A stretch of DNA of 64,000 nt from the IMG/VR virus record IMGVR_UViG_2974766419_000001, positions 1-64,000 of that record; one strand, written 5' to 3'. This document shows positions 1-7,583 of this stretch, one piece after another. The position numbers were made by a program, and so were the translations under genes. Within the stretch, counting starts at the first letter, position 1. Every line of letters starts with the position of its first letter. The DNA comes from a virus. Its lineage: Duplodnaviria; Caudoviricetes. A model generated the notes under the pieces. The model was given only the letters and a program-made list of their open reading frames with translations, searched no databases and had not been told where the DNA came from.

Positions 1-72
1 GTCTCCGAGCGATCTATCCACGACCAATTTGACATGGGTGCGCCGTTTGTAAAGGCCGTGGACAAAGCAGAA

Positions 73-98
73 CCCCCGGCACCGAGGGGGGCCGGGGG
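73..98 (-). terminator. Putative intrinsic terminator of the leftward operon
   Basis: CCCCCGGC(73-80)...GCCGGGGG(91-98) stem; followed on the minus strand by TTCTGCTTTGT, downstream of the last leftward gene. Confidence 0.55.
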
Positions 99-151
99 CC
101 TGTTGGCGTGACGCCGTTGCTGCGCTCTTGGGGATAGACGCGTCTCTCAGG

Positions 152-364
152 CTACTCGCGGTCGGCGAGGTCGGCGCCGAATATGCGATCGGCGATGGCT
201 TCGGTGAGCGCAGACATGCTGAGCACCGCGTTGACTTGCACGAGGTCGTCGCCCGCCAGCAGCGCGCGGGTGTCGACGTACCACTTGCTGTTGCGGGTCT
301 GCTTCTGGAGTTCTTCGGTGAGCGCGGCGCGCACTCGTAGCCGGATGTTGGATTCGACGGTCAC
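152..364 (-). CDS. Hypothetical protein (70 aa)
   Basis: ORF track; GTGA overlap with upstream gene; GC-rich third positions. Confidence 0.7.
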   Translation of the reverse strand: MTVESNIRLRVRAALTEELQKQTRNSKWYVDTRALLAGDDLVQVNAVLSMSALTEAIADRIFGADLADRE

Positions 365-519
365 TGGTTCTCCATTTCGGCGTCGGTGACACCCAGCGCC
401 CTGAGTGCCTCGGTGGTCTCTCGCTCCAGCTCGTCACGCTCTCGGACGCTGCAACAGAACTCCTGCTCGACCTGACCGGACAGCTGCCAGATGTGCATGA
501 TGGCTTCAGCGCGGTTCAT
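361..519 (-). CDS. Hypothetical protein (52 aa, MNRAEAIMHIWQ...)
   Basis: Translated by hand; fills the gap with stop/start overlaps at both ends. Confidence 0.6.
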   Translation of the reverse strand: MNRAEAIMHIWQLSGQVEQEFCCSVRERDELERETTEALRALGVTDAEMENQ

Positions 520-740
520 CAGTGAGCCTCCCGGTCGGCAGCGCGCATAACCTTCGGCAGCGTGGGTGGTGGCGGGAGGGTGATCCCGACGCCGTGCGAG
601 CCGAGGTGCCGACGCAGCCGGACGGCGAACATCGTGGCCTCGTCGTCGCTCCAGTTCGGCTCCTCGTTGAGCATGAAGTAGGCAACGATGTTCTCGAACT
701 CAGTGACGCTGGTCATGTGGTGTGGTTCAAGGTGTGGCAT
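519..740 (-). CDS. Hypothetical protein (73 aa)
   Basis: ORF track; AAGGAG SD; overlaps with neighbours. Confidence 0.65.
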   Translation of the reverse strand: MPHLEPHHMTSVTEFENIVAYFMLNEEPNWSDDEATMFAVRLRRHLGSHGVGITLPPPPTLPKVMRAADREAH

Positions 741-882
741 CAGCCTTCTCCTTGGTGTCGTGGGTGCAGTCGGATCGGTGGTTGCCGTTCACGTAGAAGT
801 ACAGGCCGCAGCCCGAGCACCAGTCGGTGTTGAGCCGCGAGTTGGTGTTGCCTGCGCAGTCCTGGGGCTTGATCCGCGGCAT
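727..882 (-). CDS. Small Cys-containing hypothetical protein (51 aa, MPRIKPQDC...WCSGC...)
   Basis: Translated by hand; TGATG overlap with upstream gene. Confidence 0.6.
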   Translation of the reverse strand: MPRIKPQDCAGNTNSRLNTDWCSGCGLYFYVNGNHRSDCTHDTKEKADATP

Positions 883-1349
883 CAGTCGTCAGCCTTGCGT
901 GATCCGCAGCTGCACTTGTGACGGCCGGGGTGGCCCTCGGTCATCATGCAGCGGCAGTCGTCCAGCTCTGCGGAATCGCACCACTGCGCGGCACAGCCCT
1001 TGGGTAGGCAGCGGTGCACGTGCCCGATGTCGGATCCGGCGACGCAGGGCATCGCCAGCTCGGCCACGGCATCAGACACTCCGTCGAGGATCAGCACGTC
1101 GGCGGTGCGTCCGCGAAGCCCTGATTGCCTGGGGTAGCAGAAGCTGATCCTGCCGCCGGTGCTGGTCTCGATCGCCTCGTCGCCTCGGCCGAGGTAGACC
1201 TTCTCGAGCAGATCGGGCGACATCGTTTCGGCGATGTCGCGCAGCATGTCGCGCACCGCTGGGCCGACGTAGAGAATCCGGTGGCCCCGCGCGAGGTGGT
1301 GGATGGCCAGCTCGGCGATGTTGGTGTTCGGTTTCTGAACAGTCGTCAT
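882..1349 (-). CDS. Truncated terminase-large-subunit ATPase-like protein with Cys-rich tail
   Basis: EKVYLGRGDEAIETSTGGRISF...GLRGRTADVLILD aligns by eye with this phage's own TerL (RKVTLGSGDEAVEFTNGSRILF...GRGIPGVDVLMSDE); AAGGAG SD. Confidence 0.7.
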   Translation of the reverse strand: MTTVQKPNTNIAELAIHHLARGHRILYVGPAVRDMLRDIAETMSPDLLEKVYLGRGDEAIETSTGGRISFCYPRQSGLRGRTADVLILDGVSDAVAELAMPCVAGSDIGHVHRCLPKGCAAQWCDSAELDDCRCMMTEGHPGRHKCSCGSRKADD

Positions 1350-1352
1350 GGG

Positions 1353-1730
1353 TCAGGTCTCCTTGAACCAGCGGTGCACCTGGCCGACGGGCGAGCCAGC
1401 GATGCAGGGCGCGACCTCTTCGGCAACCTCGTCGGACACTTCGTCGAGCACCAGCACGTCGGCGGTGAGTCCGCGGCCGGCGGTGGCGTTGGACGCAACG
1501 AAGTGGATCTTGCCGCCGGTGGTGGTCTCCAGGTATTCGCTACCGCGGGCGAGGCTGATCCTGCGGACGAGGTGCGGGGGGAGGGCTTTGGCGACCACCC
1601 CCTGCGCGGCGCGGGAACGCTCAGAGCTGGGGGAGACGAAGATGATGCGCCGCCCCTCCTTGAGATGGCGGATGGCCAGCGCGGCGAGCTGGTTCTCCCA
1701 GGTGTTCGATTCCCGAACAGGTGTCGTCAT
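1353..1730 (-). CDS. Second truncated terminase-ATPase-like protein (paralog of 882-1349)
   Basis: RRISLARGSEYLETTTGGKIHF...GRGLTADVLVLDEV; ATGA overlap with upstream gene sets the start at 1730. Confidence 0.7.
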   Translation of the reverse strand: MTTPVRESNTWENQLAALAIRHLKEGRRIIFVSPSSERSRAAQGVVAKALPPHLVRRISLARGSEYLETTTGGKIHFVASNATAGRGLTADVLVLDEVSDEVAEEVAPCIAGSPVGQVHRWFKET

Positions 1731-2296
1731 GGCGTGACTCCCAACGTGGTGAGGGCGAGGACCGCCTGCTGCGGGCACACGCCGTTGCCGATGATCCAGA
1801 GCTTGTCAGCGTGCGACAACTCCAGTCCAGTGACCCAGCCGTCGGGCCAGCCCATCATCCACTCGGCGAATGCGGGGTTGACGCGGAGCTTGCCGCGGCG
1901 TCCGCGGGCGATGGCAGGCGGTGCGGGCCGGGTGAGTGATACCCAGTGCTCGATGGCCAGCACGATGCCGGCGCGCCGCGATCCCATGTCGACCATCGGG
2001 ACGGTGACCTCGAACAGCTCGGCTTCGGCCAGGTTGAGGATGGCGTCGGTCAGGCCGCGGCCGTGCCCGCTGCGGCCGCGGTTGGCGTCAGCGGCGACGG
2101 GTGTGGGCAACAACGAATATTCGTTGGCGTCGGTGGGGCGCTCCCGCGTCGGACGCTGGTACAACTTCCCATTCCGCATCGAACCCGAGGTCGGCCAGGT
2201 CCCCGAGAACTGCTCCGATTCCCCGGGGATCTCCTGCCATGTCGCGCTGATCAGGTCCCATTCGGCCCAGGGTTGATCGGATGTTGGCTCGGACAT
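1727..2296 (-). CDS. C5-cytosine DNA methyltransferase, C-terminal part (TRD and motifs IX-X)
   Basis: VNPAFAEWMMGWPDGW and IGNGVCPQQA motifs; GAGGA SD upstream of ATG 2296. Confidence 0.75.
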   Translation of the reverse strand: MSEPTSDQPWAEWDLISATWQEIPGESEQFSGTWPTSGSMRNGKLYQRPTRERPTDANEYSLLPTPVAADANRGRSGHGRGLTDAILNLAEAELFEVTVPMVDMGSRRAGIVLAIEHWVSLTRPAPPAIARGRRGKLRVNPAFAEWMMGWPDGWVTGLELSHADKLWIIGNGVCPQQAVLALTTLGVTP

Positions 2297-2666
2297 GAAG
2301 CAGGTTCCTCACGTTCTCGATGACGACAGTCTGCGGGCGCAGTGCGTCGATGGCGCGGACGAATTCGACCCACAGGCCGGATTGGGTGCCGGGTGCCAGG
2401 CCCGCCTGTCGTCCGGCCGGGCTGATGTCTGTGCATGGAAATCCTCCACACAAGATGTCGACCGGCCCGAGGCTCCAGCGCACCCGCGACCAGTTGACCC
2501 GCCGGATGTCGCCGAGGTTGGGCACCCCGGGCCAGCGTTCGGCCAGCACGAGCTTGGCGGCGCGGTCGATCTCGCAGTGCCAGATGACGCGCCCGCCGGT
2601 GGCCTGCTCGACGGCGCGGTCCAACATGCCAGACCCTGAGAACAGGCTGCCGATTCTCGCGGTCAT
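2088..2666 (-). CDS. C5-cytosine DNA methyltransferase, N-terminal catalytic part (motifs I-VIII)
   Basis: SLFSGSG (I), GGFPC (IV), IENV (VI), HRRQRIF (VIII); ATGA overlap at 2663-2666. Confidence 0.85.
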   Translation of the reverse strand: MTARIGSLFSGSGMLDRAVEQATGGRVIWHCEIDRAAKLVLAERWPGVPNLGDIRRVNWSRVRWSLGPVDILCGGFPCTDISPAGRQAGLAPGTQSGLWVEFVRAIDALRPQTVVIENVRNLLHVRANIRSTLGRMGPDQRDMAGDPRGIGAVLGDLADLGFDAEWEVVPASDAGAPHRRQRIFVVAHTRRR

Positions 2667-2815
2667 GTCGTCACCACGAACAGGATCGCGAGCACCGCGA
2701 AGGTCCCGAGGGCGATGCCGGCGAGCGCCATATTCACCCGCCAAGGCAGCTGAGTGACCGGGGTGTTGCGGTCCCAGGCGTCTCGCATCTGCTCGCCGAG
2801 TGAGGGCTCAGGCAT
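2663..2815 (-). CDS. Small membrane protein (50 aa)
   Basis: C-terminal hydrophobic helix ALAGIALGTFAVLAILFVV. Confidence 0.6.
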   Translation of the reverse strand: MPEPSLGEQMRDAWDRNTPVTQLPWRVNMALAGIALGTFAVLAILFVVTT

Positions 2816-3113
2816 GGCCACCCCGATTGATCGTGTAGCCGTAGGACTCCCAGAACCGCCACGCGCGACGTAGGGCAATCCTGGCGCCCCACCGGGTGCG
2901 CGCGTAACCGGCCGACATGCCGGTCACTGCGGTCACTGGCATGTTCGTGACGACCCACTCCCACCGGCGAGTACCGGGGATCGGGCTGCGCGTCACCCAG
3001 CCACCGAGCGCGGCCATGCCCCGGTCCTCGACGTCGGGCAGCTGCAGCGTATGCGTGCAGCCGTCTGCGCGCCAGGTGATCTCGCGGGATCGCGTGCCCT
3101 TGTGCTCAGGCAT
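2808..3113 (-). CDS. Hypothetical protein (~101 aa)
   Basis: ORF track, operon packing. Confidence 0.65.
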   Translation of the reverse strand: MPEHKGTRSREITWRADGCTHTLQLPDVEDRGMAALGGWVTRSPIPGTRRWEWVVTNMPVTAVTGMSAGYARTRWGARIALRRAWRFWESYGYTINRGGHA

Positions 3114-3444
3114 GGTCAACCTCCGGTGTGGTGGGCTCTACGTCGAACATCGCCAGGGTCTGGTCCTCGACGGTGCCGCGGCGCACGCTGTCGGGCTGGG
3201 TGCGGAACTCGTCGCACTTGAGCGTGGAATCCAGCGTCGGAGCGTTGGGCACGCGGGTCCACTGCTTGGGCTTGCGGCCGGTGCGCACGGCGCTGGCCAG
3301 GATCGGGCACCCAGCCCCAGTGCCGGTGCGGCGGGCCAGTTCTTGGTCGGGTTGGACGCAGCGGTCGCACCAGCGTTCGGTCCAGATGGCGCGGTGCGTC
3401 GGCGTGCGCCACAGCGGGTTGACCGGAGGTTTGCGGGCCATCAC
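3106..3444 (-). CDS. Hypothetical Cys-containing protein (112 aa)
   Basis: ORF track; WCDRC...GCPIL...C; near the C-terminus QTLAMF. Confidence 0.7.
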   Translation of the reverse strand: MMARKPPVNPLWRTPTHRAIWTERWCDRCVQPDQELARRTGTGAGCPILASAVRTGRKPKQWTRVPNAPTLDSTLKCDEFRTQPDSVRRGTVEDQTLAMFDVEPTTPEVDHA

Positions 3445-3926
3445 GGTTCAGGCTCGGTGAAGTCGAGGTTCTGGAATCGCATGTACTCCTCAATGACGGT
3501 GCGGGCCGGCGGATTGAGCCGGTAGTCCAGAGCGCGGACCAGCGCTTCAGGCGACCAGCGTCCGATGCCCTGATTGCACGGGCCGCACAGCAGACCGCGG
3601 ATGCACCGAGGGCAGCCCTTGTTGGCGTCGTGGCCACACACCTCGACGGCCATCTTGTGATCGTGGTCGACGGCGAGCCTCTTGGTCTTGCCGGTGGCGA
3701 TCTGGCATATGGCGCATTTACCGCCCTGAGCCTCGTACAGCGTCCAATACAGCTCCTGGGGTATCCCGTACCCAGATTCGACCCTTCGGCCGTGAGCGTT
3801 GAGCCTGGCCTGCTTCTTGGCGGCTCTGGTGTGGGTGGCGCAGCGTTTGACCCGCGTGCCCGACGCAATGGGTCGCCAGGTGGCGATCCCCTCAGCGATG
3901 CAGTCGGCGCACTCGGGTGCTTTCAC
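3441..3926 (-). CDS. Endonuclease VII family protein
   Basis: YGI...AQGGKCAIC...LAVDHDH...RGLLCGPCN.GIG signature. Confidence 0.88.
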   Translation of the reverse strand: MKAPECADCIAEGIATWRPIASGTRVKRCATHTRAAKKQARLNAHGRRVESGYGIPQELYWTLYEAQGGKCAICQIATGKTKRLAVDHDHKMAVEVCGHDANKGCPRCIRGLLCGPCNQGIGRWSPEALVRALDYRLNPPARTVIEEYMRFQNLDFTEPEP

Positions 3927-4750
3927 GCCCAGAACCCTGCCGTGCTGGCTTGCATCTCGTCAGGCGACGAGACGCCGCTGGAGTACGCGGCGAGGTGGGC
4001 CAGTGCCCGCTCGCGCTGCTCGGGTGCCATCCGGTCGAGCACCGCCTGGCCTTCGGGTGTGAGGTTCACCAGCGCCGGGGCGGCCTGCGGCTCAGGCTCG
4101 GGTGCGGTCCAGAAGTCCGCGGGCACGGCGACAGCCGGTCCGGTGTGGTCGACGGGCTGGTCTTCGCGCGGCTCGAAGACGCAGCCGGGTACGTGCGGCG
4201 TGGCGAACTCGGTGGGGCAACACTGGCGCTTCATCGGCTCGGGCTTGAGCTCGGGTTCGGGCACGGCCTGTTCGGAACCCGAACACCCTTCAGGTGTGGA
4301 ATCGGCCCTGTGGCCGTGGTGGCGCATGAGGCCGCTGATGCCGACGTAGCCCTCGTCAGGTGTGGGATCGGCCAGTTCTCCGACGACCTCGGCGAGCTTG
4401 CCGACGACGCCCGCCAGCTCGGCCAGTTGGGTGCCGAACTGCTTGAGCGCCTTCTCGCACCCGGCGACGCGTTCGGCCAGCTTCTCCACCGCGCGGTCAG
4501 TGTCGGAATCCCACGGTCGCTCAGTCTCGACTTGAGGTTGAGACTCGGCAGGCCTCTCCGCGAGCCGCAGGGTTGATCCCGTGAGCACCACGCCTTCCTC
4601 GATGAGCCTGTCGAGTTCCGCGCCGCCAGCCTTGTAGTCGCCGGTCGCCGCGCGGATGAGCTTGGTTCGCGTCAGGCCGCGTTCGGGTGCCTCGGCGAGT
4701 GCGTCGATGAGACGAGCGCGAATCCGCTCGGATGGGTTCGTGGGGGGCAT
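3923..4750 (-). CDS. Putative DNA-binding protein (N-terminal winged-HTH-like, coiled coil, Pro/Glu-rich linker)
   Basis: IDALAEAPERGLTRTKLIRAA...ELDRLIEEGVV resembles a wHTH; leaderless start behind a SigA-like promoter. Confidence 0.65.
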   Translation of the reverse strand: MPPTNPSERIRARLIDALAEAPERGLTRTKLIRAATGDYKAGGAELDRLIEEGVVLTGSTLRLAERPAESQPQVETERPWDSDTDRAVEKLAERVAGCEKALKQFGTQLAELAGVVGKLAEVVGELADPTPDEGYVGISGLMRHHGHRADSTPEGCSGSEQAVPEPELKPEPMKRQCCPTEFATPHVPGCVFEPREDQPVDHTGPAVAVPADFWTAPEPEPQAAPALVNLTPEGQAVLDRMAPEQRERALAHLAAYSSGVSSPDEMQASTAGFWA

Positions 4751-4758
4751 GGCAGACG

Positions 4759-4787
4759 AGTATGCGCCGCCCTGTCGGGAATGTCAA
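4759..4787 (-). promoter_or_regulatory. SigA-like leftward promoter (TTGACA-17-CATACT), likely leaderless
   Basis: Minus strand -35 at 4787-4782, -10 at 4764-4759; ATG at 4750. Confidence 0.7.
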
Positions 4788-4847
4788 TCATTGCGACATT
4801 CGGGCCGCGTCAGGTCCGCTCGCTGGCGAACTCTCGACCAGCAACGA

Positions 4848-5191
4848 ATGTTGTACATGTTGTACATTTTCGGGGGTGCCCGTGTTTGAGCGAGTTTGTA
4901 CCCATATATGATTGAATAATAATATATATATTATATATATATGCAGGTCAGAGAGTTAGAGCATTCTAACAAAGTTAGAGAAAGTTAGAGAAAGTTAGAG
5001 GCGCGGGCGGATGGGGCATGTTGTACATGTACAACATGTACAACATGCCAGCAAACATTTGACCTAGTGCTAGAACGCCCTGACCTGCGGATTTAGACGA
5101 GCCGGCATACTTCCTCTTGACAGAAATCCGCAAAAACCGCCTCTGACCTGCTGTACAACATGGGTGTACGGCACGGTTAGACCCAGTTAGA
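4848..5191. other. AT-rich, iterated-repeat region; putative replication origin or control hub
   Basis: (AT)-rich tract ~4904-4942; AAAGTTAGAG x3 (4971-5000); perfect 22-bp palindrome 5017-5038; CTGACCTGC x3. Confidence 0.6.
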
Positions 5192-5212
5192 AATCAGTAT
5201 TTGTCAAGCCTA

Positions 5213-5242
5213 TTGACAGCCGTCGGAGGGTTGGTGCAGAAT
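5213..5242 (+). promoter_or_regulatory. SigA-like rightward promoter (TTGACA-18-CAGAAT), likely leaderless
   Basis: -35 at 5213-5218, -10 at 5237-5242; ATG at 5250. Confidence 0.7.
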
Positions 5243-5249
5243 CAACGAC

Positions 5250-5537
5250 ATGCCGCAGACAGACCTCGAAGACCTCCGCTGGGCGGTCGAAACGCTCCGC
5301 TGGGCCAAGCAACGCAAGGCCGAAATCAAGGAGGCCGAGGAGTCTGCTCGACTCGCCATCGAGACCGCGCTCGGCAACAACGACGAGGGCACACTCGACG
5401 GCCACGCCGTCGTCAGGTGGAAGCCGCAGAAGCGCAACGCGCTCGACCAGAAATTGCTCAAGGCCGCGTTCCCTGAGATCTACGAGGGCTGCAAGACCAT
5501 CACCGAGGTCCGGCGGTTCGAGGTCCTCGATGACTGA
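5250..5537 (+). CDS. Hypothetical protein (95 aa), first gene of the replication/recombination module
   Basis: ORF track; coiled N-terminus; overlap with nuclease gene. Confidence 0.75.
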   Translation: MPQTDLEDLRWAVETLRWAKQRKAEIKEAEESARLAIETALGNNDEGTLDGHAVVRWKPQKRNALDQKLLKAAFPEIYEGCKTITEVRRFEVLDD

Positions 5538-6279
5538 GGCATTCTTCGACACCTCCACGCCTCAACACGATCCGCTGCGCGGGGAACTCCTGGACATGAT
5601 CCGGTTCCGCGACTACTCGACACCGCGGCACCGCCAAGTCGAACTCGGCCCCTCCGACGTTTCCCACCCCTGTATGCGCAAGACGGCATTCGCCTCCATG
5701 CAAGAACCCGAGACGAATCCACCGTTCGATCCGCTCGCCTCGATCATCGGCACCGCGATGCACACCTGGCTGCAGTCAGCCGCGGAACTCTCCAACCAGG
5801 TGCTCGGCCGGCAACGCTGGCTGACCGAGACGCGGGTGCCAGTCACCCCGACACTCGCCGGATCGTCGGACCTCTACGACACCGACACCGACACCGTGAT
5901 CGACTGGAAGACCGCATCGACCACCCGGCTGCGCAAGTACCGCAAGGACCCCGGCCCGCAGTATCGAGGTCAGGTTCACCTTTACGCCCGCGGTTTCGAG
6001 AACCTGGGGTTTCAGGTCAAGAGGGTGGCCATCGCGTTCATCCCTCGTGGCGCGACGCTGCACTCGTTTCACGTGTGGAGCTCCGACTACGATCCGCGCG
6101 TCGCGGACGCTGTGCTGGCCCGCCGCAACCAGACCCTCGCGCTGATCGACGACCTTCAGGTGGAGAAGTACCCCGAGCGGTACGCCTGGATTCCAGCCGA
6201 GTCGTGGGACTGCGAGTACTGCCCGTTCTTCTCGACCAACCCCAACAGCCCCTACCAGTGCAAAGGCGACGGCACCTGA
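5530..6279 (+). CDS. Cas4-like / PD-(D/E)xK exonuclease
   Basis: CMRK...GTAMH...ETRV...GSSDL...IDWKT...QVHLY...CEYCP...C: RecB-type motifs with split four-Cys cluster. Confidence 0.85.
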   Translation: MTEAFFDTSTPQHDPLRGELLDMIRFRDYSTPRHRQVELGPSDVSHPCMRKTAFASMQEPETNPPFDPLASIIGTAMHTWLQSAAELSNQVLGRQRWLTETRVPVTPTLAGSSDLYDTDTDTVIDWKTASTTRLRKYRKDPGPQYRGQVHLYARGFENLGFQVKRVAIAFIPRGATLHSFHVWSSDYDPRVADAVLARRNQTLALIDDLQVEKYPERYAWIPAESWDCEYCPFFSTNPNSPYQCKGDGT

Positions 6280-6434
6280 TGATGATGCGTGATCGAATCG
6301 TCGTGATCGAAGAGCTGTCCACTGCCTTTGTGTCCCTGCTGAAGGCGCAAGCCGCACTCGCCTTCGACAACACCCTGGACGAGGCGTGCGTCGAGGTGCG
6401 CGACAAGCTCATCCACCACCTCAACCAGGTATAG
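6279..6434 (+). CDS. Hypothetical protein (51 aa)
   Basis: TGATG overlap; same frame as ORF 6075-6434. Confidence 0.55.
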   Translation: MMMRDRIVVIEELSTAFVSLLKAQAALAFDNTLDEACVEVRDKLIHHLNQV

Positions 6435-6516
6435 GCTTCCGCGCCCCTCGGCGCTGAAGGTGTTCGGTTTCCGAACACACCGCCCCATCAGAAAATCGAC
6501 AGATCGGACAATCACC

Positions 6517-7185
6517 ATGACACTCGGCGGATTCTTCTCCGGCGGCGCTAAGGGCATCACTTGGCCCGAACAGCCCGGCACCCCCGGCGGCCGCACCGGA
6601 GTCACCGGAACCATCGAGATTGTGCACCCGCCCGAGCCGGTGGTCGACATCAAGACCGGCCAGCCCACCGACAAGCAGCAGGTGCGCATCGTGCTCGCCA
6701 CCGACGAGCGCGATCCCAGCGAACCTGACGACGACGGTCGCCGCACCCTGTACGTGAAGTCGTACATGCGCGGTGCCATCGGCGACGCGCTGCGCAAGGC
6801 CGGGGCCAAGGAGCCCGAGGTGGGCGGCACCCTGACGGTGACGTTCACTCACGTCACCCCGCCGGATCGGCCGGGCATGTCGCCGTCGAAGCACTTCGCA
6901 GCCACCTACACCGCGCCCCCGGTGACCGGCGGCTACTTCGCACCGCCTGCAGCTCCCGCCGTGACCCCGGGTGCCACCTACGGTGCCCCGGCTCAGCCGG
7001 CCCCGGTTCCCCCGGCCGTTCAGCAGGCGTTCCCCGGTGCGACGCAGGTGCCTCAGCCCACCGTGGCCCCCGAGCCGGTCAAGCCTGCGGCCATTTCGGA
7101 CGCGGCATGGGCGGCGATGGATGCGCCGACCCGCGCGACGGTCGCGGCAACCATGGGCGGAGGCGCAGACAGGCCGTCGTTCTGA
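6517..7185 (+). CDS. Putative single-stranded DNA-binding protein
   Basis: Beta-rich N-domain, Pro/Ala linker, C-terminal DRPSF tail ending in Phe; next to exonuclease. Confidence 0.55.
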   Translation: MTLGGFFSGGAKGITWPEQPGTPGGRTGVTGTIEIVHPPEPVVDIKTGQPTDKQQVRIVLATDERDPSEPDDDGRRTLYVKSYMRGAIGDALRKAGAKEPEVGGTLTVTFTHVTPPDRPGMSPSKHFAATYTAPPVTGGYFAPPAAPAVTPGATYGAPAQPAPVPPAVQQAFPGATQVPQPTVAPEPVKPAAISDAAWAAMDAPTRATVAATMGGGADRPSF

Positions 7186-7206
7186 TCCCTCTCGAATACC
7201 CGCTGT

Positions 7207-7240
7207 AGATGAGCCCCACGAGCTATCGTGGGGCTCATCT
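7207..7240. other. Perfect 15-bp inverted repeat (hairpin)
   Basis: AGATGAGCCCCACGA-GCTA-TCGTGGGGCTCATCT, intergenic. Confidence 0.85.
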
Positions 7241-7268
7241 CTACCCCCACTCAGGAGAGAGAGGCGGC

Positions 7269-7583
7269 ATGGCCTGCCGATATGACACCAAGTACCGGTT
7301 TCGAGACAAAGACGATGCGATCGACGGGGCCGAACAGATAAAGGCCAGGAAGGGTGAAGAGTACGGGCAGCTGTATCCGTACCGGTGCCCCGACGGCGAC
7401 CACTGGCACCTGTCGCATCACGAGCAGGGCGTCGAGCGATGCAGGACCTGCAACCGTTTGGCCCCGGCGTGGAAGGCGAAGGCGTGGGTGATCGGTGCCC
7501 ACGATGGTCCCGACGGCAAGCGGTGCGAGGGCGCAGGCCAGCGCGCCGCGCGTATCACTCCCCGCCCCCGCCGCCGTGGCTGA
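7269..7583 (+). CDS. Hypothetical protein with Cys/His motifs (104 aa)
   Basis: AGGAGAGAGG SD; YRCPDGDHWHL and CRTC motifs. Confidence 0.7.
   Translation: MACRYDTKYRFRDKDDAIDGAEQIKARKGEEYGQLYPYRCPDGDHWHLSHHEQGVERCRTCNRLAPAWKAKAWVIGAHDGPDGKRCEGAGQRAARITPRPRRRG

Noticed and set aside
6461-6477. Similarity of the repeat to the mycobacterial LexA SOS box (TCGAAC-N4-GTTCGA)
   Set aside because: Half-sites are in the opposite orientation with different spacing, so LexA binding is unlikely.
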